Shown: positions 10,831 to 21,450, counted from the whole stretch's first letter. The stretch: DNA of 63,976 bases, filler included, from Candidatus Nezhaarchaeota archaeon WYZ-LMO8 (GCA_004347965.1; 3 parts of 3 records of this genome joined end to end with filler, not necessarily neighbours in it), one strand, 5' to 3'. Notes: generated by a model not told the origin, from the letters alone. Numbers and translations are program-made.

Positions 10831-11043
10831 TGGGTCTCATAGTAAAAGATTAGCTCCTCGAATACTGGTTATGAGTTTTTTAGTAACTATGCAACCGTTG
10901 GATTATACATTCTACTTAAAATGAGAATCTTCAACTTTCAAGCAGGGGCATGAACTATGATGAAAATTGCATAGTAATGGACTAAAAACGTCATTTAACA
11001 TTTCTGACCATCAGTCATACCATATCTTTCATTCTATTGCAAG

Positions 11044-11640
11044 TCAATAATTAACAGTCAGTACCACGATGTATGCGTCTATTAGGATTATGCCGTAAAC
11101 TTCTAACAAAGCCACAGAAGGCCACTCGATGAGGAGTGCAATTAATGGACCTGCTATTGAGATCGATAAGAGGATCATCCCTGAAAACATTTTCTTCTTG
11201 GCTAGGAAGTCTATTGACGATGCCAAGATAGCCATCCACATCTGCACGAAGAACCAAGATGATACGAAGGTATGTGGACGTGTTCCACTTGGAAAGATCC
11301 CTATTAATGCTAGAAATATTCCAGCTATGAAAACAAAGGCTGATGCATACAATGCAACTTTACCCGTGGAGAAGTAAGCTAAATAAAGTGCGTAGATCAA
11401 TGCGATCACACCAGTAATTAAGAGACCGAGATTGTATATCCAAGGATCGAAAGCTCTAGGTCCTCCAAGATCGCTTAAAGCGTGTTTAAACAGATCGAAC
11501 CAAGGGTTTCTATTAATAGATAGAAGTATTACTAGCCAAGCTAGCACAACTGCGGCAACGCCGCACAATCTCCAAAACATCTTAACTTGTGTTAAATGCA
11601 TAGTTAAACTGTTCATGGCGTGGTCTAAATTTCTTCCCAA
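11044..11640 (-). CDS. DUF998-family membrane protein
   Basis: NPWF...ALSDLG, LIGIFP..T.PH, multiple TM helices; probable start ATG near 11580. Confidence 0.8.
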   Translation of the reverse strand: MGRNLDHAMNSLTMHLTQVKMFWRLCGVAAVVLAWLVILLSINRNPWFDLFKHALSDLGGPRAFDPWIYNLGLLITGVIALIYALYLAYFSTGKVALYASAFVFIAGIFLALIGIFPSGTRPHTFVSSWFFVQMWMAILASSIDFLAKKKMFSGMILLSISIAGPLIALLIEWPSVALLEVYGIILIDAYIVVLTVNY

Positions 11641-12116
11641 CTCGTTAGTCGATAATTTTAGATGAAATCAACTATCTTAGTAACACGTTGATATCTTCAT
11701 GAAGTTTAGGGGAGGATGTATGTTTAATTTAATTATACCTTCCTGTTCTGCGGCTCTACTTCTTAAAAGGACCTTTAGGTTTAAGAGCACCTGCATGGCG
11801 GCTAAGATGAAAGTCATACCAAGCAGAATCTTAAGCGCATGCTCTTCGACTATGCCCACACATGAAGCTCCTCCGTTGAGCTAATGTGAAGCTAATGCAA
11901 AAGTTAGAAGAAATTTTGAAATTTTATTAACGTAAAAAGCAAGTCACGTCATTGACTTAGCTGCTTGCTAAACACCTAAAGATGAACGTTCAGAGTTGAT
12001 TATCACTTTCAGAGCTTTGAAATCAGAATCTAGTGATGCTCGACAAAAATGGTGAGAAGGTAGAATCATAGAATTTTTGAACACTACGAAGCTATGTCCT
12101 CCCGAAATCTTTCATA

Positions 12117-12899
12117 TCATTTGCGTAGAACTACGCCATAAGGATCTAAGCTTCTCAGAACTTTTAATTCCTCATCTGTAGGTTCTGGCGTAACTTCAAC
12201 TTTCTTAGGAATCTTTATTGGGAAGCTACTGTTATTCTGAACATCTTCAATACTTACACCTGGATGTACTGATAGCAACGTCATCCTCTTGTCTTGGTCA
12301 TCAAAACCGTAAATGCCGAGTTGGGTTATCACTCGCCATGGACCAGTACCGCGCGGTAAGCCAGCTTTCTCCCTTGCTCCTGGACCAGATAAGTAGCCAG
12401 GTGTTGTCACGAAGTCCACTCTCTCAACGAACCTTTGTTTGTCCTGTCTCATTAAGACTATGATTCTCCAACAAAGGGAACCAAAGTCATTCGCTCCGCC
12501 ACTTCCAGGAAGCCTGACCTTAGGTTTATCGTAGGGGCCGATGACAGTTGTATTTATGTTTCCGTAAATATCTATTTGTGCTGCACCCAGAAAGGCGTAC
12601 TCTCCGTAGCCAGCTTGAATGAAGTTCATCACGTAGTCCATGCTTGCAGCCATTATAGCCTTGTAAGTGGTCATTGAATCTCCAACAGATATGGGAATTG
12701 TTGGAGGGATCTCTGGGCACATGCCTCCAGCCTCATATATTATTGCTAGCCTTGGAGCATGAGTCTTCTTGGCTAGAAGTGCAGCTAGTATCGGCATTCC
12801 GGTTCCAGTGAACACTGTCTTACCATCTTCTAAAAGTCTTGAGGCGGCTACTATCATCATCTCTGTTTGCGTATACTTAACTTTAGACAACCCACTCAT
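12117..12899 (-). CDS. gctB: Family I CoA-transferase beta subunit, glutaconate CoA-transferase-like
   Basis: GTGMP, IIYEAG (catalytic Glu position), AQIDIYGNINTT, RLPGSGGAND. Confidence 0.85.
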   Translation of the reverse strand: MSGLSKVKYTQTEMMIVAASRLLEDGKTVFTGTGMPILAALLAKKTHAPRLAIIYEAGGMCPEIPPTIPISVGDSMTTYKAIMAASMDYVMNFIQAGYGEYAFLGAAQIDIYGNINTTVIGPYDKPKVRLPGSGGANDFGSLCWRIIVLMRQDKQRFVERVDFVTTPGYLSGPGAREKAGLPRGTGPWRVITQLGIYGFDDQDKRMTLLSVHPGVSIEDVQNNSSFPIKIPKKVEVTPEPTDEELKVLRSLDPYGVVLRK

Positions 12900-12905
12900 C
12901 CTCCT

Positions 12906-13925
12906 CTAGGAGCTTATCCATGGATAAACGAACTTTGCCCTCCCCTGCTCAAGTCTCCTAAGGTAATTGAGCTTCTCTACGCCTCCTACAAGCTCTAAGT
13001 AATCGTTAAAGTCTTCAACTCCGAAGACGTATTTGTTAAAGTACTCCTTCGTTCCTTCCTCCGTTCGAGTCATTCTTAGGTACTCAGCTATATGTTCTTC
13101 ATCAAAGTAATAGCATCCAGGCATGTTGCACGGGTGACAGCCATAAGGTACTTCGACAACAGCGTCAACGTAAAAGTACGGTATGCACGTTCTCCAAGGC
13201 TCCTTCTTAATCTCCTCGGTTGAAACTATTTCTTCGGTGGTGATTATCAACCTTTTTGCGGCTCTGGCGAGCTCATAGTCCATGACGAATGCGCCATCTA
13301 TCTGACAATTACCATACTTATCACAACGATGAACATGTATAATTGCTACATCGGGGAAACATGCTGGAATTAAGCAAATAGGCCTCCCGGTAAACGGATC
13401 TTTAACTACCTTCGCTGCACTACGTTTAAACGTGTCAGTGCCTAGCAGTACGTACGCTGGAATGAAGGGGAGCCCTGATGCAGCAGCTTTGAATCTCCAT
13501 TGAAAAGCTGCGTTGCTCCATTCTGCAGCAACTTTAACACGTCCTGATTCAACAGCTCTCCTAGAAGCAGGAGATAGCCCCCTCAGTTCATGCCCAAAGG
13601 AATAAGCCACCTCAACTTTACTTACACAATCAGCAGCTATGAGAACGTCTAGGTCATGAACTGCAGTTTTCCCCGCGACTATAAGATCTCTCTTTCTTTG
13701 TCGAATGATCTCGTAAATCGCTGCCATTGATACCCTCACATGCCCAAACCCTCCCATCGCGATGTAGCTTCCGTCTCGCACAAACTTTGATATAGCTTCG
13801 TGAAGATCCATGGTCTTGTCCTCCATGCTTAAACACTTGTTTTTCCGAACCCACTCACGGTGTTCTTCAGGATCAACCCAGCCTAGCAATTCTCCTTTAC
13901 CTTCATCTAGTATCTCCATGTACAT
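12906..13925 (-). CDS. gctA: Family I CoA-transferase alpha subunit, glutaconate CoA-transferase-like
   Basis: GGF, AAASGLPFIP, DPFTG, PDVAIIHV..CDKYGN, PYGCHP. Confidence 0.85.
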   Translation of the reverse strand: MYMEILDEGKGELLGWVDPEEHREWVRKNKCLSMEDKTMDLHEAISKFVRDGSYIAMGGFGHVRVSMAAIYEIIRQRKRDLIVAGKTAVHDLDVLIAADCVSKVEVAYSFGHELRGLSPASRRAVESGRVKVAAEWSNAAFQWRFKAAASGLPFIPAYVLLGTDTFKRSAAKVVKDPFTGRPICLIPACFPDVAIIHVHRCDKYGNCQIDGAFVMDYELARAAKRLIITTEEIVSTEEIKKEPWRTCIPYFYVDAVVEVPYGCHPCNMPGCYYFDEEHIAEYLRMTRTEEGTKEYFNKYVFGVEDFNDYLELVGGVEKLNYLRRLEQGRAKFVYPWISS

Positions 13926-14059
13926 CCCTCAAGATTTTAGTGATAATCTTATTTCAACATATAACTTTTTCGAGGATAAATACACAGCCTAATTCAATAA
14001 CTCCTCCAGTTATAGGTAGTAAGGCTTATTAATTGATAAAGGAATAACAAAAGACTTTA

Positions 14060-15529
14060 ATGACTGAGAAAAATAGAGAGGTAAGAGAAAGCTGGATCGA
14101 GCGTTTCGGCTTAGCACTTTCAAGAAGCGTTGAGAGCTGGATGCCAGATCCACTAATCTTCGCTTTAATACTGTCGATAGTAACAATAGTCATGGCTTTG
14201 GTGGTAATGAGGCCCTACGAAGTTATGGGTCCAATAGATGTTCTAGACTGGCTTTTTAGAAAATGCTGGTATGGAGGCTTCTGGGAACTACTTGCCTTCG
14301 CCATGCAAATGTGCCTAATATTAGTTACTGGGTATGCAATAGCCTACCATCCATTGGTGTATAGAGCTTTAAGAGGACTTAGCAGACGTGTTAAAGACAC
14401 AAAGCAAGCAGTGATTGCGACAACAGCCATTGCCATGTTCTTTTCATGGATAAACTGGGGTTTGGGACTGATAATAGGAGCAGTACTAGCACGAGTAATA
14501 GGAGTAGAGTTCTATAAGCAAGGGAAGCCGCTACATTACCCTGTAGTATGCGCTGCGGGGTATACAGGTCTAGGACTAATATGGCATTGGGGCCTTTCAG
14601 CTTCAGCACCATTGCTATCGAACACTAAAGGACATGTGTTTGCAAGCCTGTTTAAGAGCCTCTTTGGTAGAGAACTTGTACCTTTAGATGAAACAATATT
14701 TCATCTTTATGCATTATCGCTCAGTGCCTTAATGTTTGTGTCAGCAGTCATAATCATGTGGGCTCTTGCACCTAAGAGCCCTGAGCATATGAAGGGCATA
14801 GATGTGGTCGCTCCACATGTATTAAGAGAGGAGCTTGAAGGAGAAAGGAGGGAGGGTAAGAGATTTGAAAAGTGGACGGTGGCAGACAAGCTTGAAAATA
14901 GCATGGTAATTGCAGGAATAATAGTATTGATATTCCTGCTATCCATGATCTTTTGGTTCAACAAGATGGGCTTCATCGCTGGACTGGATCTGAACTCGGT
15001 GAACTTCATCTTCATTTTAGCTGGCTTCCTACTGTACCTAAACCCCATAGCCTACATGAGAGCTATAGCTAGAGCAGCACCCGGCGTAGCAGGTATAATC
15101 ATCCAATTCCCATTCTACGCTGGGATAATGGGGGTGATGAAGTACTCCTCGGTCGTTGCAGGGGGACCCAACCTAGCAGCTGTTATTGCTCAAAGCCTAG
15201 CTGCGACGGCAACGCCATTTACATGGCCGGTCATATGTTGGTTGCTATCAGGATTAATAAACATATTCATTCCGTCAGGGGGAGGACAATGGGCTGCTAC
15301 GGGAGAGTTTTTAACGAGGACTTCAGCTCTACTTAACGTACCAATAGGTAAAACCATAATCGCATACGCTGCTGGAGATCAGTGGACAAACCTCTTCACA
15401 CCCTTCTGGGCTATAGCGCTTCTAGGTGTAACTGGAACTAGAGCAAGAGACATCTTTGGCTACTGCATAGCACTGATGCTGATAGCAGCCATACCGATGG
15501 GACTTGGCCTAGCCTTCATACCTTACTGA
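14060..15529 (+). CDS. atoE: Short-chain fatty acid transporter, AtoE family
   Basis: WMPDP, LLAFAMQM, NWG, WHWGLSASAPL, QFPFYAGIMG, PSGGGQW, GDQWTNL; divergent from gctAB. Confidence 0.88.
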   Translation: MTEKNREVRESWIERFGLALSRSVESWMPDPLIFALILSIVTIVMALVVMRPYEVMGPIDVLDWLFRKCWYGGFWELLAFAMQMCLILVTGYAIAYHPLVYRALRGLSRRVKDTKQAVIATTAIAMFFSWINWGLGLIIGAVLARVIGVEFYKQGKPLHYPVVCAAGYTGLGLIWHWGLSASAPLLSNTKGHVFASLFKSLFGRELVPLDETIFHLYALSLSALMFVSAVIIMWALAPKSPEHMKGIDVVAPHVLREELEGERREGKRFEKWTVADKLENSMVIAGIIVLIFLLSMIFWFNKMGFIAGLDLNSVNFIFILAGFLLYLNPIAYMRAIARAAPGVAGIIIQFPFYAGIMGVMKYSSVVAGGPNLAAVIAQSLAATATPFTWPVICWLLSGLINIFIPSGGGQWAATGEFLTRTSALLNVPIGKTIIAYAAGDQWTNLFTPFWAIALLGVTGTRARDIFGYCIALMLIAAIPMGLGLAFIPY

Positions 15530-15670
15530 TGACACCCTAACATTCTTTAACTTTTTACTATAGGCTAACATCGGAGGAGAGCTTGCAATAACTAATGGTA
15601 GAGCTGATAGGCAAGAACAGAGCCTGTTATGAAATCAACAGCCTGCAACGTTGAGTTAGGTGGTAGCATG

Positions 15671-16018
15671 TTAAGTGTGAGATGTTAGAAATGGCTTCAA
15701 CTCTCTAACTGCTTCAAGCAAGCCTTTAAGATCATTACATCCTCTAGCCTTCTCTACGTAATACCCTAAAGTCACTAATGTTCCTCCAATAATATTGGAT
15801 ATTAGTGGTTCCGGAAAAGCTAGGCAAGCTAATCCCAACTTTATAAGCATATTACTTCCTTGATGTCTCCTAATCAATGACCTCTTAATGGCTACTAACT
15901 CTTCGATCACCTCTTTCATGTTACGAGCTACGTCCAGGTTGACCAGCATCCCTTCTCTACGATGCTCATTAAGGAGCCTTAAGAAGCGTTCGCTACCGTA
16001 ATTCTCTTTCATATGCAA
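15671..16018 (-). CDS. Hypothetical protein with hydrophobic hairpin
   Basis: 115-aa ORF alone in an intergenic gap; LIKLGLACLAFPEPLISNIIGG segment. Confidence 0.6.
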   Translation of the reverse strand: MHMKENYGSERFLRLLNEHRREGMLVNLDVARNMKEVIEELVAIKRSLIRRHQGSNMLIKLGLACLAFPEPLISNIIGGTLVTLGYYVEKARGCNDLKGLLEAVRELKPFLTSHT

Positions 16019-16286
16019 GAGCCTTATGGTAATACTCTATTAAGATTTCTCATTATTTAAGCTGCCATCTCTACGAACTGATCATAAACGCGGACAGCAT
16101 ACTCACGTCCATCACAAACCAAAAGTTCCTTCCTTAAGGCTACATTAAATTATACTTTCCATTTAAAGACAACTTCCCTTTTTACGGCAAACGAAGTTAA
16201 AGTTTAATTCAAGACTTGTTAAAAGGTGCTATTTAAATGAATATGTTAAAAGCATTTAACTATTGAAGTCGCACATAATCTCTTAG

Positions 16287-16664
16287 GTGAAGTGTGTGAG
16301 CAAAGGAGGTATGATCGAGATAGAATGTCCTCACTGTCACAACAAGGTTGTGCCTAAGAAACGCTTCTCTCGCCTTGCCTTTACTGGCCTGTTGATTATA
16401 GGGCTTATACCATTCGTTTTGTTCCTAGTGCTCAATGTGCTCTACATGCTAGCCTTACCCTCACTCTTAAGGTCAATGACAGCTGGTCTCCCTTTAATGC
16501 CCTTCAACTTGGAAGCTTTAATTACAGCATTGTTCCTGATTATGATACCAACATCAATAGCAACATTGTTACTAGTCCTGATCATAGGCATAATTCCAGC
16601 TACAATTTACTTGTCCGTGAGACGAGACACGTACAAATGCCCGATGTGCGGCATGATCCTTTAA
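16287..16664 (+). CDS. Split Zn-ribbon membrane protein (CxxC-hydrophobic-CxxC, LITAF-like architecture)
   Basis: CPHC near N-terminus, long hydrophobic segments, YKCPMC at C-terminus; GGAGG SD before internal ATG. Confidence 0.75.
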   Translation: MKCVSKGGMIEIECPHCHNKVVPKKRFSRLAFTGLLIIGLIPFVLFLVLNVLYMLALPSLLRSMTAGLPLMPFNLEALITALFLIMIPTSIATLLLVLIIGIIPATIYLSVRRDTYKCPMCGMIL

Positions 16665-17018
16665 ACTATCGTCTTTACCCTCCACTTTTTAGGCAGTGGT
16701 TTGCTTTCTATGTTTTTGATGTCTCCCTATAATCTCGTAGACGAATCTAATAGGTTAAGTTGCAAAGCTTAAACTAACAATGTTAAGACGCTAAACACTA
16801 GCACCCTTACTTATGACCTTTATTAAGATTGCGAGTTCAGGGAGATTAAAAATTTTAACGCCATGAGCGAACAGCGAGTTAAATTCTTGACGACTAAAGA
16901 TTCTACATCTCCTCATAAACTCTTAATAAAACTTTATAAACCCTTACATTGCTAGTCTTCGATTTCCTCAAAATTTTAGTAAAAGGATTAATTTATACCC
17001 TATGCATAAGCCCTTAAT

Positions 17019-18005
17019 CTACTTTCCAGCAATCTTCTCTATGTAGTGACATGCAACTTTCCTGTTCATGTCGACTTCTATCATCTCTGGTTCTTCTTTA
17101 ACACATTTCATTCCATCAGAATATGGGCATCTCGGATGAAACCTACAACCCGACGGTGGATTTAGAGGGCTAGGTGGTTCACCCGTCACAACTCTTCTAA
17201 GTCTAAATCTATTATGAGGATCAGGATCTGGAACAGCATCAATTAAGGCTACTGTATACGGGTGAAGTGGCTCTTTCAGAATTCTTTGCGAGGGACCTAT
17301 TTCAAGAAGTTTTCCAGCATACATAACTGCTATTTTATCCGAGAAGTATTTTGTCGTAGCTATATCGTGAGTTATGTACATCATACCAATACCGTACTTT
17401 CCTTGTAAGGAGCGCATTAGGAGGAGTATCTCTACTCTGCTTGAAGCATCAATCATAGAGACAGGCTCATCAGCAACTATAAAGACAGGCTCAAGCACTA
17501 GACACCTTGCTATACCCACCCTTTGTCTCTGACCACCAGACAACATGTGTGGGTACTTTGAAAGAAAGGTCTCAGGAGGTAATAAGCGTACATCTTCAAG
17601 AGCCTTAATTACTCTTTCCTCTCTTTCTCTTGCATCAAATCCATGCACTACTAGTGGCTCTTCTATGATTTGTTTAATAGTCATAAACGGGTTTAACGAG
17701 GTGTAGGGATCTTGAAATATCATTTGAGCTTTTCTTCTAAACCATTTTAGATCTTCAGAAGAGAGGTTCGTTATATCCTTACCTTCAAAAATGATTTTGC
17801 CAGAAGTGGGTTCAACAAGCTTAAGCGCGGTCCTACCAAGGGTTGATTTTCCACTTCCTGATTCGCCTACTATGGCAACTGTTTCTCCTCTATTAATGCT
17901 GAGAGACACGCCATCAACTGCCTTTACGGCTAATGTCTTAAACAATCCTTTCCTAACGTAGAAATAAGTCCTTACCTCCTGGAGTTCCAGTAAAGAGTCC
18001 CTCAT
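17019..18005 (-). CDS. Oligopeptide/dipeptide ABC ATPase, OppF/DppF type
   Basis: GESGSGKS, LSGGQRQR, DEP, HPYT, GCRFHPRC. Confidence 0.93.
   Translation of the reverse strand: MRDSLLELQEVRTYFYVRKGLFKTLAVKAVDGVSLSINRGETVAIVGESGSGKSTLGRTALKLVEPTSGKIIFEGKDITNLSSEDLKWFRRKAQMIFQDPYTSLNPFMTIKQIIEEPLVVHGFDAREREERVIKALEDVRLLPPETFLSKYPHMLSGGQRQRVGIARCLVLEPVFIVADEPVSMIDASSRVEILLLMRSLQGKYGIGMMYITHDIATTKYFSDKIAVMYAGKLLEIGPSQRILKEPLHPYTVALIDAVPDPDPHNRFRLRRVVTGEPPSPLNPPSGCRFHPRCPYSDGMKCVKEEPEMIEVDMNRKVACHYIEKIAGK
17077..17159. repeat. 83-bp exact repeat, copy 1 (inside OppF-type gene)
   Basis: Identical to 18057-18139 on base-by-base reading. Confidence 0.9.
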
Positions 18006-18970
18006 TTTGAGCCACCACTATGGAGCCAACATTTTACAAAGTGATCATCTTCAACCTCTATCATCTCTGGTTCTTCTTTAACACATTTCATTCCATCAGA
18101 ATATGGGCATCTCGGATGAAACCTACAACCCGACGGTGGGCTCACAAGATCTGGTGGAGCTCCGGGTATGAATTCCGGCATTTTCTCTTCTCTTAATCGT
18201 GGAATACTGGCTATCAACTTTTGCGTATAAGGATGTCTTGGATTTAGCAGTACATTTTCACTTGAAGATAGTTCAACGATTTGTCCAGCATACATTACAC
18301 CTATTTTATCGCAGATATCGCTTGCCAAAGCAATATCATGAGTAATGAATATCATGGATAGTCCTAACTCCTTCTTTAGATTCTTCAAAAGGTTCATTAT
18401 TTGTGCTTGAATGCTCACGTCTAAAGCTGACGTGGGCTCATCTAAGATTACTATATCAGGATTGAGAATTAAAGCCATGGCAATGGCAGCTCGTTGTCTC
18501 ATGCCACCACTTAGCTCGTGCGGGTATCTATCAACATAATCCGGTGGCATTCCTACAAGCTTAAACAACTCTCTAACCTTCTTCAAAGTCTCGGGTTTTC
18601 TCATATTTTGATGAACCATCAGAGGTTCAGCAACTTGAAAGCCAATCTTTAAAACTGGGTTGAAAGAGCTCATAGCCCCTTGAGGAACCATTGAAATTTT
18701 CTTCCATCTAATCTTCTCTCTAAAGTCTTTCTCGCTAAGCTTTGATATATCAACACCGTTTAGAAGTATCCTTCCATCGTATAGCTCAACGTTTCTCGGT
18801 AGGAGACGCATTATTGCTATAGCTGTACTTGATTTTCCAGAGCCTGATTCTCCTACAAGTCCTAAGGTTTCCCCCTTTCCTAGGGAGAAGCTTACTCCGT
18901 CTACTGCTCTAAGCGTTCCCCTTGATGTTTTGTAATAGAGCATCAATTTTTGGACATCAAGGAGAGACAT
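18002..18970 (-). CDS. Oligopeptide/dipeptide ABC ATPase, OppD/DppD type
   Basis: GESGSGKS, YPHELSGGMRQR, DEPTSALD, HPYT, GCRFHPRC. Confidence 0.93.
   Translation of the reverse strand: MSLLDVQKLMLYYKTSRGTLRAVDGVSFSLGKGETLGLVGESGSGKSSTAIAIMRLLPRNVELYDGRILLNGVDISKLSEKDFREKIRWKKISMVPQGAMSSFNPVLKIGFQVAEPLMVHQNMRKPETLKKVRELFKLVGMPPDYVDRYPHELSGGMRQRAAIAMALILNPDIVILDEPTSALDVSIQAQIMNLLKNLKKELGLSMIFITHDIALASDICDKIGVMYAGQIVELSSSENVLLNPRHPYTQKLIASIPRLREEKMPEFIPGAPPDLVSPPSGCRFHPRCPYSDGMKCVKEEPEMIEVEDDHFVKCWLHSGGSK
18057..18139. repeat. 83-bp exact repeat, copy 2 (inside OppD-type gene)
   Basis: Identical to 17077-17159. Confidence 0.9.
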
Positions 18971-20404
18971 TCATCGCCACCGTCGTAGTCTCGGATTTAT
19001 GACAGGTTCAAAGCCGAGGGCTATGAATACGAACGTTATTGCAGAAAAAACTATCATTAAGCCTGGAGGTACTACCCACCACCAATAGCCTAGAAAAACA
19101 GCTCCATTGCGGAAGCCATATTCAAGAATTTGCCCCCAAGTTGGTATTGAGGGATCTCCCAGTCCTAGAAAGCTTAAAGCAGCTTCGGCAAGTATTGCTG
19201 AAGGTGTGAAGAATATCATTTGAGCTAAGATGTATGGTGCTACTTGTGGAAAGACGTGTCGGATCATTATGCGCCATCGCGATGCTCCTACTGATATAGC
19301 CGCCTCAATGAAAGAGGAGGACTTCGCTTGCAACACCATTGATCGGACAACTATTACAAGTGATGGCCATCCAAAGAGAACTAAAATCACCACGATTATC
19401 CAGAGCTTTCCTCCAAAAATGAATGTCAAGAATATGAGAATTGGAAGTTGAGGTATATTGTTCATCACATCGCAAACACGCTGTATTATTTCATCTACTC
19501 GTCCTCCAACATATCCACTAACGATTCCTAGTGTAGCACCGATTATAGTGGTCAGAACTGAGACTACAATTCCTATAAGTAAAGCAACTGGGAACCCGAA
19601 GAGGAGTCCTTGTGATAGATCCCTTCCTAAGATATCTGTCCCCATGAGTCCGTAGACTTGCCCTCCAATAACTATTGAGACTGTACCTATTTGGTCTCTA
19701 ACATCTCTTGCATAAAGAGTAGTCGTGAAAACGTATTTACCCTTTAGTGGTTTAAAGCCATTTTCGTAAGGCTCCCCAAAAATAACCTTTTCATAACCAA
19801 TCTCAGCCACATCTTTTGGATCAATAGACAAATTATACTTATCCAGCAAAAAATTTGAGAGAACTAGGGATAACTGCGGCTCCCCACTCAGCATTATTCT
19901 CTTCGGCTCAACTACGTACCTGCTATACGGCGGCTCTTCCGTAGAAAGAGGCGGCTCAACTACAAATTTATACAGATTAATAGTGCTATTATCGGGTCTA
20001 ATCACAAGCACTTCAATCGTTGGGGGTCTCGAAAAGAAGGTTACATTATCAAATTTTAATGTGATGAAAGTGGGGAATTGATCAGCCATGAGATCATACA
20101 CGATTTCGTAAGTTTTGATGTAATATGCTCCAGAGGGATACATTTTTTGAATAGTACTAGTGGATAGGATATTGTGTTCAAGAAACTTATTTCCTACAAA
20201 AAGGTTGATCCACTCGGGCATTGCTATCTTAGGATTGTCAGCCCAATACTTCGGGTTGTTCCAATAGCGTGTTCCATAATCTAAGGGGAATGTGAACAAC
20301 GTGTACATCGAAATGATAATGATTATCAACAGAAAGGCTAATCCCATCTTTGAAGTTTTGCTAGCCCAAAATTCACTTAAACCTTCTATAAAATACTTGC
20401 TCAT
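18971..20404 (-). CDS. Peptide ABC permease, OppC/DppC type, with large extracellular insertion
   Basis: GTDILGRD, FIEAAISVGAS, EAALSFLGLG, WWW..PPG. Confidence 0.92.
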   Translation of the reverse strand: MSKYFIEGLSEFWASKTSKMGLAFLLIIIIISMYTLFTFPLDYGTRYWNNPKYWADNPKIAMPEWINLFVGNKFLEHNILSTSTIQKMYPSGAYYIKTYEIVYDLMADQFPTFITLKFDNVTFFSRPPTIEVLVIRPDNSTINLYKFVVEPPLSTEEPPYSRYVVEPKRIMLSGEPQLSLVLSNFLLDKYNLSIDPKDVAEIGYEKVIFGEPYENGFKPLKGKYVFTTTLYARDVRDQIGTVSIVIGGQVYGLMGTDILGRDLSQGLLFGFPVALLIGIVVSVLTTIIGATLGIVSGYVGGRVDEIIQRVCDVMNNIPQLPILIFLTFIFGGKLWIIVVILVLFGWPSLVIVVRSMVLQAKSSSFIEAAISVGASRWRIMIRHVFPQVAPYILAQMIFFTPSAILAEAALSFLGLGDPSIPTWGQILEYGFRNGAVFLGYWWWVVPPGLMIVFSAITFVFIALGFEPVINPRLRRWR

Positions 20405-21450
20405 GCATATCTCACCCGCGGATCAACTATGACGTATAGAACTTCAAGAACAAACCTTGCAATAACGTATATTAGCGTGTACATGTACGTTAAGGCAAGT
20501 ATCAATGCTTCGTCAACAGACATTATAGCTTCGAAGTATAGAAGGCCCATCCCAGGCCATGAAAAGATGGTTTCCGTGAGAATGGCTCCACCAAGGTAAG
20601 CAGCTAGACTTAAAATCAGGTTAGTTAAAATTGGAGGTGCTGCAGGTCGAATTATGTATCTCCACAGAACTATTCTCTCTGAAAGACCCTTAGCCCTAGC
20701 TATGGATACGAAATCCTCTTGCGCTGTCGTTATGACTATGCTCCTAGTTATGTAGATCCACGAGCCTGATGTTGCTATTACCAAAGTCAATACTGGAAGA
20801 CAGAGATGCCAAACTAGGTCGAGGCTACGAACTAAAGGATCTACCGGCGGTGGTGTGCTATACATGCCGCCAAAGGGGAAAATCTTGAGGTAGAAAGCGA
20901 ATACTAGGATCATGAGTATTCCCAACCACCACGTTGGTAAGGCATAAGATACTGCAGAGTACATTGAAATGAGTCTATCAAGGAAAGAACCAGGCTTTGT
21001 AGCGACCCTAACCCCTATCATCAGACTTAAGGCGAAGTTTATGATTAAGACCGTAATCATGAGAAGTACGGTGTTAGGTAACCTCTCCAATATTATGTCG
21101 GAGATTTTATTACTTCCAGAGAAGCTAACTACTGTCCTGGAGTTGCCAAGGTCGAGGGTTACTATCCTCCATATCATGTCCGGCATTCTGACGTACCATG
21201 GTTTGTCTAGGCCATAACTTCTAATAAGGTCCTCCTTAATTTTCTCTAAGGCTCTCTCTAAATCTTCTGGATTTCTTATCTCACGGGCAAGCTCTTGTCG
21301 AATAGCCCTTAAGTTATCCTGGACCATGCCATTTAATATCTTATCCGAGATTCCTGTAGCACCTATTATTATTGTGGTCAGCAGTAGAACGAATAGTAAG
21401 ACAACCACTAGACTTGCCGCTTTAAGTGTTAAAGCCCTCTTAAGCCCCAA
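20401..21450 (-). CDS. Peptide ABC permease, OppB/DppB type
   Basis: YGLDKP, RLPNT, ARAKGL, ETIFSWPGMG, DPRVR. Confidence 0.92.
   Translation of the reverse strand: MGLKRALTLKAASLVVVLLFVLLLTTIIIGATGISDKILNGMVQDNLRAIRQELAREIRNPEDLERALEKIKEDLIRSYGLDKPWYVRMPDMIWRIVTLDLGNSRTVVSFSGSNKISDIILERLPNTVLLMITVLIINFALSLMIGVRVATKPGSFLDRLISMYSAVSYALPTWWLGILMILVFAFYLKIFPFGGMYSTPPPVDPLVRSLDLVWHLCLPVLTLVIATSGSWIYITRSIVITTAQEDFVSIARAKGLSERIVLWRYIIRPAAPPILTNLILSLAAYLGGAILTETIFSWPGMGLLYFEAIMSVDEALILALTYMYTLIYVIARFVLEVLYVIVDPRVRYA

Noticed and set aside
10957..11007. ATGATGA...CTGA spaced like a C/D sRNA
   Set aside because: No credible D'/C' boxes and very AT-rich spacers
11677..11859. 60-aa ORF with one hydrophobic helix and a GGAGGAG upstream
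   Set aside because: May be a transporter remnant or microprotein, but no family can be supported
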